A stretch of DNA of 64,000 bases from Bradymonadia bacterium (lineage in GTDB: Bacteria; Myxococcota_A; Bradymonadia; UBA7976; UBA1532), in NCBI GenBank assembly GCA_046290225.1, contig JBKAGE010000077.1, forward strand, positions 64,001-128,000, written 5' to 3'. Below the pieces are notes generated by a model. It was not told where the DNA came from. It worked only from the letters and a program-made list of their open reading frames with translations, and did not search any database. The translations under genes and the position numbers were made by a program. This document shows, one piece after another, positions 40,521-49,830 of the stretch. Position 1 is the first letter of the stretch, and the number at the start of each line of letters is the position of its first letter.

Positions 40521-41462
40521 ATGAAGAACAACCCCATCCAGTTTGCCATCGTCCGCGAAGATCCTCAGGTGGAGCTGCGGGCCCTCGATCACGTCGAAGG
40601 CCCCGCCCACAGGGCTCTGATCATCGCCTCAGGGGGCTGCACCGCCCTCACCCTCGCCGGGGCCCGGCCCGAGGTGCACGTCACCGCCCTCGATCCGAAC
40701 CCCACCCAGCTCGACCTCGTACGGCGGAAGATCGAAGCCGTGCGCCGAGGGGATCTCGACGCCCTGGGGCTTTGGGCCGATCAACCCGAGCGCTTGAGCC
40801 ACTGCGGCAACTTCGAGTCGCTGTTTCGCAGCCTGCGACGCTTCGTCTTCGATCTCGTCTGCCCGGAAGCCGATATCCGGGCAGCCCTCGAAGCTGGGGA
40901 GGGCCAGGTGCTGCTCACGCAGATGCAGCAAAGCGCGTACTGGCCTGTGGCATTCCAGATGCATTTCCACGACGCCCTGCTTAAGGCCATGTTCGGCCCC
41001 GCGGCCATCCAATACGCCCCACGGGGGAGCTACCCCACGTACTTCCAGCAGGTCGTGGAGGCAGGGCTCCAGCGCGAGGACGCACGCATCAACCCGTGGC
41101 TTCATCACGTGTTGCTCGGTCATTACCTGCCCGACTGCGCGCCGGCGTGGACGCAGATGATCCCTGCGGGCGAAATCGACCTGCATCAGGGTGATCTCAC
41201 CCAGGTGGACTTCACCCCCTTCGATCTCGTGCACCTCTCCAACGTCTTCGACTGGATGGCCCCCGAGCAGGTGCGCGCCACGACGGAGCGCCTGCACACG
41301 CTGCGCCCTGGCGCGGTCGTCACCCTCAGGCAGCTCAACAACGATCGCGATCTTGCGCAGATGCTGCCGGGCTTCGACTTCGACCCTCAGCTCGACGACG
41401 CGCTGCGCGCCGCAGATCGCAGCCTCTTCTACACCCACATTCGCATTGGCCGGAGGCGCTGA
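40521..41462 (+). CDS. DUF3419/BtaA-like SAM-dependent transferase
   Basis: FAIVREDP, IASGGC, ALDPNPTQL, HLSNVFDWM, LRPGA. Confidence 0.8.
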   Translation: MKNNPIQFAIVREDPQVELRALDHVEGPAHRALIIASGGCTALTLAGARPEVHVTALDPNPTQLDLVRRKIEAVRRGDLDALGLWADQPERLSHCGNFESLFRSLRRFVFDLVCPEADIRAALEAGEGQVLLTQMQQSAYWPVAFQMHFHDALLKAMFGPAAIQYAPRGSYPTYFQQVVEAGLQREDARINPWLHHVLLGHYLPDCAPAWTQMIPAGEIDLHQGDLTQVDFTPFDLVHLSNVFDWMAPEQVRATTERLHTLRPGAVVTLRQLNNDRDLAQMLPGFDFDPQLDDALRAADRSLFYTHIRIGRRR

Positions 41463-41463
41463 C

Positions 41464-42156
41464 ATGACCCTCGAACAACACCTCGCCCTCACCGCTGAAG
41501 CCTTCGACTTGCTGGGCAACCCCTACTTCGAGGCCCTCGACGACGGCTCGATGACCCATGAGGCGTTCCTGCGCTCTCAGCGGCAGTTCTTCCACGCCGT
41601 GGACTTCTTCAACCGCCCACTGGCGGCCCTCGCGGCGCGGATCCCCCACACGGCCACCCGCATGGCGGTGGTGGCCAACGTCTGGGAAGAGCACGGCGAG
41701 GGTGATCCGAGCCGTTGGCATCGCAACACCTTCATCGAGTTACTCCGCCGACTCGGTGACGACTCTGGCGAGCCCCCGCTGATCGGCCCGGAGGTTCAGG
41801 CCTTCAACACGTTGATCATGGGGGCGAGCGACGACTACGTCCGCGGCGCGGCGTGCCTGGGGGCCATCGAGACGCTGTTCTCGGCCATCTCGGCCCGCAT
41901 CGGCGCTGGCATCGTGGGCCGCCGCTGGCTCTCGGAAGACCGCATGGTGCACTACGACGTGCATGTGGATCTCGACGTTGATCACGGCCGGGAGCTCTTC
42001 GACGTCGTACGGACAGGCTGGGATGGCCCGGAGCGTCAACGCATCATCGAAGGCATGCGCCTCGGGGTGTACGCCTTCGACGCGCTGTACCGGGGGCTCT
42101 ATATGGGCACGCTCCGCTCGGCCCCCGAAGGGCACGACGGCTGGGGGCTCCCATGA
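41464..42156 (+). CDS. Heme-oxygenase-like diiron oxidase (PqqC/CADD/TenA-like iron-containing redox enzyme)
   Basis: GGAGG SD; NVWEEHG...H, GAIE, HYDVHVDLDVDH ligand pattern. Confidence 0.82.
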   Translation: MTLEQHLALTAEAFDLLGNPYFEALDDGSMTHEAFLRSQRQFFHAVDFFNRPLAALAARIPHTATRMAVVANVWEEHGEGDPSRWHRNTFIELLRRLGDDSGEPPLIGPEVQAFNTLIMGASDDYVRGAACLGAIETLFSAISARIGAGIVGRRWLSEDRMVHYDVHVDLDVDHGRELFDVVRTGWDGPERQRIIEGMRLGVYAFDALYRGLYMGTLRSAPEGHDGWGLP

Positions 42157-42953
42157 GCGTGCGCATCATCGAGATCAGCGCCGCCTCGGCACATCGTTGG
42201 GCCCACAAGGTGGCAACCTTGGAAGAGGGGGTGACCTACCCCCTGGGTGACGATCGCTTCACCTTGGATCACGGGGCGGATTACTTCGCGTTTTTCCGCC
42301 GCCTCGGTGACCTCGTCTATCTCGCCGCTGTAGAGGCGGGCGAGGTGGTGGCGGTCTTCGCCGGGGCGCTGCGAGAGGTGCCCCAGGGCGGGCGCATGGT
42401 GAAGGCCTGGTATCTGTGTGATCTGAAGGTCCGTCCGAGCCACCGCGGGCGCCGCCTGCCGCTGAAGATGCTCGCCTCGGCGCTCCCGCGACACATCGGC
42501 CGCTCGGCTCGGGGATACGGGATCACGATGAACCCACCCTCGGGGGAAAACCGGGTGGTGCGGCTGTTTCGCAGATTTCCGTTACTGCCAGTGAAGGTGG
42601 GGCCTCAGCTGCTGTTCTGGTCGCTCTCGTCGGCGCAAATGGCCGACGTGGCTGCGCTGGTGGTGCGGCATCGAGGGCCGATGGGGTTTCTGTCTCATTC
42701 GGGACGGAAGGATCTGATGCTGGAGAGCACAGGGGCGCCGATGCCTCTGTTGCACGTGCAGTTCGGGCCGCTGGCGGAGGGTGTGATCGAGAAACCCCTC
42801 GAGGGGCATGTGCACATGCTGTGTGCGCCGGAGGACGATGGGCTGGCGGATGATTTGATGGGGATGGGGCTGGCGCCCTCGGCGACGGCGACGGTGCTGC
42901 ATCACCGGATGGGCGGCACTGATTGGCGCTGGGTGCTGACGAGCGACATTTGA
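42153..42953 (+). CDS. GNAT-family acyltransferase
   Basis: YLCDLKVRPSHRGRR (acyl-CoA motif A); ATGA-coupled to the upstream gene. Confidence 0.75.
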   Translation: MSVRIIEISAASAHRWAHKVATLEEGVTYPLGDDRFTLDHGADYFAFFRRLGDLVYLAAVEAGEVVAVFAGALREVPQGGRMVKAWYLCDLKVRPSHRGRRLPLKMLASALPRHIGRSARGYGITMNPPSGENRVVRLFRRFPLLPVKVGPQLLFWSLSSAQMADVAALVVRHRGPMGFLSHSGRKDLMLESTGAPMPLLHVQFGPLAEGVIEKPLEGHVHMLCAPEDDGLADDLMGMGLAPSATATVLHHRMGGTDWRWVLTSDI

Positions 42954-43004
42954 ATCACCGCGGCTATCTTGCACTTGGTGCAGAAGTGTATAGAGCAACG
43001 ATGA

Positions 43005-43859
43005 AGGTTATGGCTGAGCCTTTGTAGGCAGTCATCGCTTCGCTCTGCCTGCGTAGGCGCCGGCCTTCGGCACATCTTCGATGCGCCTCGTCGGTCGCGT
43101 ACACGTCGGCGTACTCGCTGGCGCGAGCAGGCCTCCGGGTAGGCAGGGTCGCTCAAGGCTTCGCCTTATTCGCTCGCTCCCCTGCGTAAAGAGTCACTTT
43201 TTACCGGTACATCAGTGCCTACTCACTGTAGGAAACACTCTCGTTCAGGTGACGCATCAGGCCCAATATCAACCTCTTACATAAGGCAGTGTCTTTACCG
43301 AGCTGGTTGGCTTTGTGGTGGTCTACAAGATTTAAATCTGATGCCAATATCATTTGGCATTCCAACTCACACAATGACCCAAACGCGATCCCTACAAATC
43401 GACGGAAGTCTCGTGAGGTGAGTCGTCCACAGCCTTCTGCGAGATTAGAAGCGACTGACACCGCCGCCCGCCTCATCTGAGTCCTCAAACCATAGTCTTC
43501 TCGCTCTGGGGGAAATTGCTGGTGATGCTGTAGGTGTGAAGCGTGAGCGCGTGGGCTGCCTTCCAAGCGTCGAGTTCCTGATAGTTGTGCACAACGCACT
43601 CCATCTTGATGGTTTCAAAGGAGCACTACGCCACGGCCCAGAAAATCGTTCCGTACAATTCTGAAAGTCTCTTTTTACGCAGGGGAGCGAGCGAATAATG
43701 CGTCAGCATTGAGCGACCCTGCCTACCCGGAGGGGTTCCGCGCAAGCGGATGCCCGAACGTGTACGCGACCGACGAGGCGGTCCGAAGGACTGCCGAAGG
43801 CCGGCGCCTTCGCAGGCAGAGCGAAGCGATGACTGCCTACAAAGGCTCAGCCATAACCT
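43005..43859. mobile_element. ~196-bp imperfect inverted repeats (43005-43200 / 43664-43859) enclosing a four-helix-bundle gene
   Basis: The outer 49 bp are perfect reverse complements. The interior is visibly more AT-rich than flanking genes. No transposase or target duplication seen, so mobility is inferred. Confidence 0.65.
43219..43592 (-). pseudogene. Four-helix-bundle protein (23S rRNA IVP/S23, bAvd-like), frameshifted
   Basis: GGAG SD then GTG 43592 reads MHNYQELDAWKAAHALTLHTYSITSNFP. The conserved YGLRTQMRRAAVSVASNLAEG...GSLCELE continues in another frame after about 43500. Confidence 0.8.
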
Positions 43860-43872
43860 CTGCCCTCCTCAG

Positions 43873-44853
43873 CTAAAACGCAGTCAACACCTCATTCATC
43901 TGCTCGCGGCTCAGCCCCGTCCGCAACCGCCGGCGCGCCTCAGGTAAACCGCGCCACCACCCCAACACATCTGCCACCGTCTCCTCCAACGGGCGAGTCA
44001 CCAACCCAGCAGCCTGCGCCACAGCCGTAGAGAACGTCCCCGCCCCAGCGTAGTCCCCCTCCGGCGGAAGCCACGCTGGCAAATCCGCCCACGGCTGCAG
44101 CCCGAACTCGCCCAATCGGCCGGCCGGCAACCAAGTCAGATCCAGCGGACGGCCCAGAACCGTCGAAATCGCCGACATCAACCCGCCCATCGTCAGCGTG
44201 CGGGGCGGCGTCACCACGTTGAACATCCCCGAGGTCCCCGACTCCACCAGCAAACGCACGAAAGCCGCAAAGTCCCGCGCGTCCACCCACTGCACCGGAT
44301 CATCCGGCGAGCCTGGTGCGAGCAATGGCCCACCCTCACTCGCCCGCACAGGCCAGTACGTGAATCGATCCGTGTGATCCCCCGGGCCCACCACCAACCC
44401 AGGGCGCACGATGGCGTGACGATGAGACGTAGCGCTCAATGCCTGCTCACACAGCACCTTCAGGCCACCGTAATCGCCCCCCGTCGGATCCTCAGTGGCC
44501 GGATCGGACACCGTCGCCAGGGGCGCTGACTCATCTTGATCAGGCGCCGCCATGCTGGCGTAGGCCGAGATGCTCGACACGAGGCAGTAGAACCCCGGAT
44601 CCGCGAGAACTTCGAGCACCTGGTTCACCGCCCGGGGGAAGTACGCGCTCATGTCGATGGTGGCATCGAAGCTCAGCCCCTGCAGAGCCGAAACTTCGCC
44701 GCTCACACGATCACCGCGCAGGTGTGACACCCCCTGCAGCGCGTCCGGGGTTTGCCCACGGTTGAACACCGTCACGTGATGCCCCGAGACCTGAAGCGCC
44801 TCCACCACATGTGGGCCGATGAAGCGGGTGCCACCCAACACCAGGATCTGCAT
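43873..44853 (-). CDS. NAD-dependent epimerase/dehydratase (atypical SDR)
   Basis: ILVLGGTRFIG, VFNRG, SSISAY, YGGLK, RPGLVVGP. Confidence 0.9.
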   Translation of the reverse strand: MQILVLGGTRFIGPHVVEALQVSGHHVTVFNRGQTPDALQGVSHLRGDRVSGEVSALQGLSFDATIDMSAYFPRAVNQVLEVLADPGFYCLVSSISAYASMAAPDQDESAPLATVSDPATEDPTGGDYGGLKVLCEQALSATSHRHAIVRPGLVVGPGDHTDRFTYWPVRASEGGPLLAPGSPDDPVQWVDARDFAAFVRLLVESGTSGMFNVVTPPRTLTMGGLMSAISTVLGRPLDLTWLPAGRLGEFGLQPWADLPAWLPPEGDYAGAGTFSTAVAQAAGLVTRPLEETVADVLGWWRGLPEARRRLRTGLSREQMNEVLTAF

Positions 44854-44856
44854 GCC

Positions 44857-46839
44857 TTACTCCAGCGTCGTCACCAGGGTCGTCTTCACCACCAGCTTCA
44901 CAGGATCACCGTTGGCCTTGCTCGCAGCCGTGGAGATTTGCTTCAGCGTCGATGCCTGCAGCGGAGAGGGCGCCTCGATGTGCACCACCAGCCCGCCAGA
45001 GGTCAGCTCTGCCGATGTCAGCGTCGCCCCGGCCTCGCCAAAGCCCGTCTGAAGCGCCGCCATCACCGACTGCTCGGGATCATCAGCAGACTCTTTCCGG
45101 TTCTCGAAGAACATCACCGTGAGCACCACCGCCAGCACCGCCATGGCCACCATCAGCCCCGCGACGACTCGGCCTGTCCACGACTTACCGTTCACGTCTC
45201 GGGGGCGAATCCCACCAGCCCACAGGGCCACCGCAGAGCCCAGGATGATGGCCACCACGTTGGTGCCGAAGAGCAGGGCCGACTTCCAGGCCACCTCGGG
45301 GTGACCCCAGGCCAGGGTGATGCCCGTGGTGGCGATGGGCGGCACCAGGGCCGCGGCGATGCTCACCCCCGGCAGGGCCGCCAGAAGGCCTGGGCGCGAC
45401 AACGCGAAGGCCGCGGCGATGCCCGAGAGGAACGCCACCCCCAAATCGAGGATGTTCGGCGCGCCGCGGGCCAGCAGCTCGCCCGTGAGGCTGCGGGTCG
45501 GGGCCAGCAGGCCGATGATCACGCCGAGAATCAGCGCTGTGGCAAAACCCAATGCCACCGCGCGGATCGCCGTGCGCACCAGGCGCACGTTCCCTTGCAC
45601 CAGGGCCAGACCAGAGCCCAGCAGCGGCGTCATCAGCGGGGCCACCAGCATGGCCCCGATGACTACGGCCCCTGATCCCTGAATCAACCCCAGCGCGGCG
45701 ATGGCCGTGGCCAGGGAGATGAGCACCATGAAGTCGTAGCCCCAGGCGGAGCCCGTCTCCAGCCGGGACGACAGCTCGATGCGGCCCTCTCGGGTCATCT
45801 GCGGCAGCGTCAGCGCCAGCCATCGATCCGCCTGGCTCCGCAGGCGCGCACCCAGGGGACGGCGCTTGCGGATCACGCCCACCGACATGCCCTCAGCGCT
45901 GCGGATGCGGTTGTCGGGGACCGCGCCGAAGAGCACCCTCCGGGCCACCGTCCAGCGCTCTGCCCCCGTGAGCATCAGGGTGTGGGTGGCCCCCTCGTCA
46001 CCGAGCCACGTGTGGTCGTCGAGGTGGCGCTTCAGGCCCGCCCAGGGGTCCTCCCCCGCCTCGGTGTGCACCTCCACCTGCTCGTCGAGCTTCAGCTTGC
46101 ACTGCGACATCTTCCGCTCGACGATGCGCCGGCCCACGGCGTCGAAGTCCTCGACACCCTCGGAGATCGTGTTCAGCACGTGCAGACGCCCATCATCAGC
46201 GACGAGATCTCGACTGATCTTCAGCGCCGCGAGCTCTGATCCACTCGCCTCCTCTTTGATGAGGGGCACCAGAATCTGCGGCGACGGCGCCTCGGTGAGA
46301 GGCGTGGTCCGCAACAACACCACGGTGCACGGCGCCCGCTGGAACATCACCATGGGCAGACCCTCGAGGCCGCCGGCGTTGCCCTTGGGGGCCTTGGTGC
46401 AAGGCACGAGCAGGGTGTGGGTGTCTTCGAGGCACTGCATCACCCCCTCGATGGGATCAGGGTGCTGCACCCACCACAGCTCGAGCTGCGGGATCCGGGT
46501 CGAGGTCTCCTGAGAGGTCAGAACCTCACCGTCTCCACCGGCACCTGCCTCTGTGCCCTCTTCTGTGCCTTCTTCAGTGGCACCCGCCTGAGCTGACTCG
46601 GCGTGCTCCGACGGCGGGCGCCAGCACGACCACGCCGCGTCTCTCACAGCGGTGATGAGGGCCGGAGGGTCTTCTTCGCCCTCTTTGAGCAGGTTGATGG
46701 GCTCGCGGCTGCTCTGCCTGGCCTGCGAGACCACGAGCACCTCGAGGGGGGTGCCCTGAGCCTCGGCGAAGCGCCGGCCCCAGTGAATCAGGGCTAGCGC
46801 CCCTTCGGCTTTGGTGATGACGAGGCGGGTATGCATCAT
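44857..46839 (-). CDS. DUF389 membrane protein with N-terminal USP-like domains
   Basis: IAALGL, AVVIGAMLVAPLM, LPGVSIAAALVPP (DUF389); APCTVVLLR and ILVPL (USP-like). Start chosen at MMHTRL. Confidence 0.85.
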   Translation of the reverse strand: MMHTRLVITKAEGALALIHWGRRFAEAQGTPLEVLVVSQARQSSREPINLLKEGEEDPPALITAVRDAAWSCWRPPSEHAESAQAGATEEGTEEGTEAGAGGDGEVLTSQETSTRIPQLELWWVQHPDPIEGVMQCLEDTHTLLVPCTKAPKGNAGGLEGLPMVMFQRAPCTVVLLRTTPLTEAPSPQILVPLIKEEASGSELAALKISRDLVADDGRLHVLNTISEGVEDFDAVGRRIVERKMSQCKLKLDEQVEVHTEAGEDPWAGLKRHLDDHTWLGDEGATHTLMLTGAERWTVARRVLFGAVPDNRIRSAEGMSVGVIRKRRPLGARLRSQADRWLALTLPQMTREGRIELSSRLETGSAWGYDFMVLISLATAIAALGLIQGSGAVVIGAMLVAPLMTPLLGSGLALVQGNVRLVRTAIRAVALGFATALILGVIIGLLAPTRSLTGELLARGAPNILDLGVAFLSGIAAAFALSRPGLLAALPGVSIAAALVPPIATTGITLAWGHPEVAWKSALLFGTNVVAIILGSAVALWAGGIRPRDVNGKSWTGRVVAGLMVAMAVLAVVLTVMFFENRKESADDPEQSVMAALQTGFGEAGATLTSAELTSGGLVVHIEAPSPLQASTLKQISTAASKANGDPVKLVVKTTLVTTLE

Positions 46840-46869
46840 GGCCGTGGAATCTAGCTGATCGGCGCGCCC

Positions 46870-49398
46870 ATGTCTGTGCACCTGCTGCAATCGCTGCTCG
46901 CTGAGGCGAGCGCTCACCACCACCGCCGCCTGCTCGTGCTCGCAGGGCCCCGCCCGTGGGCCTTGAGCACCCTGATGGGCTGGCTCGACGCAACAGGGGT
47001 GTCCGATCCGCTGTGGGTGGTCCCGCCCGCTCAGAAGATCGATGGCATGCAGCGGTGTACTGATCCACGTCAAGCGCGCCAGCTGCTCGGTCAAGAGGCG
47101 CGCTGTGTGGTGGTCGACCTGCACGACGAGGCGGATCCTGATGTGCTCGGGGTGACCTTCGGGCTGCCCCGTGGGGCCGGACTGCTCATCTGGCTCACCC
47201 CTGATCTGGATGGCTGGGCTGCACAAGATGACCGACAGCGCGAGCGCCTCTCCGTCACGGGCTGGCCTGCAGAAGCAGTGGGCCGCCGTTGGATCGCCCG
47301 ACTGACACGACACATCGCCGACACAGTGACGGTGGTGGGCCCTGACGGCGTGATCAGCGAGGGTGTCACCCAAGGCGCACCAGCAGCGCGGCCACTTACC
47401 CCGAGCGACGATCTCTGCCTCACTGATGACCAGCGCAAGGCCGTGGCGGCGGTGAAACGCGCGTACACAGGCCGGGCGAGACGCCCTGTCGTGCTCACCG
47501 CCGATCGAGGGCGAGGCAAATCAGCGGCTCTGGGCATCGCCGCCGGTGAGTTGCTCGCGGAGAAGCCCCTTCAGATTTGTCTGACGGCCCCCTCACGACA
47601 GGCCGCCGGTGCAGTGCTGCGCCACGCCCGCCATGTCTTGGGGATGAAGGAGACGACAGCAGACATCACCACGCCTTCCGGCGGCCGGCTGTGGCTGATG
47701 TCGCCGGGCGATCTGCTCGACCTTGCCCCTGAGGCCGATCTGCTCCTGGTGGACGAAGCAGCCACCCTGCCTCTGCCGATCTTGTCCACGCTGCTCACTC
47801 GCTACCCCCGGACGGCGTTCTCCACCACCATCCACGGCTATGAGGGCACTGGGAGGGGCTTCACGGTGAAGTTCCCCGCCCTGCTCGACTCGAAAGCCCG
47901 CGGCTGGCGAGCGGTGCGCATGCAGGCCCCAGTCCGCTGGGCCCCTGACGACCCGGTGGAGGCGCTGGCCTTTCGCACATTGCTCCTCGACGCCGAGCCA
48001 CCTCCGGTGCCTGACGAGGTGCCGGCGAACCTCGCCGACGAGACCATCTTCGAGGTGGTGGATCGAGACCACCTGGCCACCGACGAAGACGATCTGCGAG
48101 ATCTCTTCGGGCTGCTCATCACCGCCCACTATCGCACTGGGCCTGCAGATCTGCTGCGCATGCTCGACGCCCCGAACATGGCGGTCATGGGTCTGCGCCA
48201 TGCCAGCCGCTGGGTCTCGGCGGCGCTGATCTCACTGGAGGGCGGCCTTTCCGAGGAGATGTGCGCCGAGACCCTCGCCGGCCGCCGCCGGCCCGCAGGT
48301 CACATGCTCCCGGAGACGCTCATTTATCACTCGGGCCTCGAGGCTGCGGGCCCACTGAAAGCCGCCCGAGTGGTACGCATCGCCACCCACCCCGGGCTGC
48401 AGGGGCACGACCTCGGCACCCGACTGCTCACGGAGCTGAAAGTGTGGGGCGTACATCAGGGCGTGGATTACCTGGGCTCGGTCTTTGGGGTGACGCCGAG
48501 ACTGCTGGGTTTCTGGACACGATCCGGGTTTCACCCTGTGCGGTTGGGGGTGAAGCGAGGCAAGAGCAGCGGGGCGTGGTCGTTGGTGGTGGTGCACTGG
48601 ATCTCCGGGCCAGGACAAAAGGCGCTCCAGGGTGAGCCTCGGCACTTCCGACATCGACTACCCCACCAACTCGCTGGACCACTTCGAGCCCTGGAGCCAG
48701 AGCTGGCCTGGCGACTGCTCTCAGCTCTCTGTGCAGGCAGTCTGACGATGGATACTCCCACTGAGCGCGATCTCGCGGAGGTCCGCCGTTGTGCTGAGAG
48801 CACTCAAGATCCAGACCTTTACCGACATGCGTGTTGGCTGACTGTGTGTTGGGGCATCTCTCATGCTGATGTGAGCCTTACACTGACGCCAGACGAGTGG
48901 TGCTGCTTGCTCCAGTACTTCGTCTACAACCACGACACGGCCTATGTAGCTGGATCCTTCAAGCTCTCAGGGCGGGGTGAGTTGATGACCTGGATACGCG
49001 ATATTCTCGGCCGACTGATTCAGACAATCGACATGCTTGATCAACAAGAGACGCTCAGAAGTCTCGCAGAGCAAAGGCTCACCTCTGATCTAGAGCTTGT
49101 GCACTTATCACTCGACGAACACAGTTGGCCAGAGCGTGTTACAGAAGTAGACCGCACACCTGAACGACTCTGGCAGTACATCGCAGCTCTGAAAACACCC
49201 CATTACAGCTGGGCTGACCGCAGGGCTCTGATGGAGCTTGTCTTGGATGTGGGTCACCCGCTCGTTCACACCCAAGTCATCGAACGTGAAGTGGTGGTGT
49301 CAAGGATCAAGCAAACCATCAAGGGTGCTCACCCAATGATGTATCTGCCCGTACTGAGTTCTTACAACTACATCCCTTGGGTCTGGGATCTGAACTGA
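46870..49398 (+). CDS. tmcA: tRNA(Met) cytidine acetyltransferase with a C-terminal extension
   Basis: LLGQE, TADRGRGKSAALG, VDEAA, TTIHGYEGTGRGF, AHYRTGPADL, GNAT RVVRIATHP. Confidence 0.92.
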   Translation: MSVHLLQSLLAEASAHHHRRLLVLAGPRPWALSTLMGWLDATGVSDPLWVVPPAQKIDGMQRCTDPRQARQLLGQEARCVVVDLHDEADPDVLGVTFGLPRGAGLLIWLTPDLDGWAAQDDRQRERLSVTGWPAEAVGRRWIARLTRHIADTVTVVGPDGVISEGVTQGAPAARPLTPSDDLCLTDDQRKAVAAVKRAYTGRARRPVVLTADRGRGKSAALGIAAGELLAEKPLQICLTAPSRQAAGAVLRHARHVLGMKETTADITTPSGGRLWLMSPGDLLDLAPEADLLLVDEAATLPLPILSTLLTRYPRTAFSTTIHGYEGTGRGFTVKFPALLDSKARGWRAVRMQAPVRWAPDDPVEALAFRTLLLDAEPPPVPDEVPANLADETIFEVVDRDHLATDEDDLRDLFGLLITAHYRTGPADLLRMLDAPNMAVMGLRHASRWVSAALISLEGGLSEEMCAETLAGRRRPAGHMLPETLIYHSGLEAAGPLKAARVVRIATHPGLQGHDLGTRLLTELKVWGVHQGVDYLGSVFGVTPRLLGFWTRSGFHPVRLGVKRGKSSGAWSLVVVHWISGPGQKALQGEPRHFRHRLPHQLAGPLRALEPELAWRLLSALCAGSLTMDTPTERDLAEVRRCAESTQDPDLYRHACWLTVCWGISHADVSLTLTPDEWCCLLQYFVYNHDTAYVAGSFKLSGRGELMTWIRDILGRLIQTIDMLDQQETLRSLAEQRLTSDLELVHLSLDEHSWPERVTEVDRTPERLWQYIAALKTPHYSWADRRALMELVLDVGHPLVHTQVIEREVVVSRIKQTIKGAHPMMYLPVLSSYNYIPWVWDLN

Positions 49399-49420
49399 CT
49401 CCACCAGGCTGCCAATCTAT

Positions 49421-49699
49421 TTACCTGAGTTTCAGTTTCTGAATGATGCGTCTGGCCTGACCAGGGGTCGGCAGCATGATGCCTCTCACCTCGGCTCTCA
49501 ACTCGATGTATATCGACTCTCTGATCTCAGCCTCTTCATCTGTAAAAACCGCCTCATTGCAGTGCTTACACCACAGGCCGGGCTGCGAGAACTCACGGGT
49601 ACGGGAGGCGTTCCCCTCAGTGTACGTCATAGAATCTACACGCACCTCCCGAACCATCCCGAGGGCACCGCATGCTGGACATTGATTCTGCTTGCTCAT
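49421..49699 (-). pseudogene. MqsA/YgiT-type zinc-finger antitoxin fragment, truncated at the start of the HTH
   Basis: CPACG...WCKHCNEAVF, then PTPGQARRIIQKLKLR and a stop. No toxin ORF adjacent. Confidence 0.65.
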
Positions 49700-49830
49700 C
49701 TCGACTCTCCGATTCACAGGCACTCATCTGTATCACAGAGTGTACTGGAAGAGTCTCAAGCAGTGAGGAGAGGTGGCTCGGACGAGCCAGAGGTGGGCGT
49801 GCGAGAGAGGTGGGGCAGATCGAGTCGGGC

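Noticed and set aside
43219..43592. Diversity-generating retroelement suggested by the Avd-like fold
   Set aside because: No reverse transcriptase in the window, and no template/variable repeat pair differing only at adenines was noticed.
44857..47373. ORF-track start at 47373 for the DUF389 gene (likewise the long starts at 2950, 6822, 40498, 41191, 57691)
   Set aside because: The extensions overlap neighbouring genes or regulatory DNA. Downstream starts with SD sequences, signal peptides or stop-start coupling fit better.
49766..49816. Three AGAGGTGG direct repeats with a small hairpin
   Set aside because: Too short and irregularly spaced to support an array or operator call.
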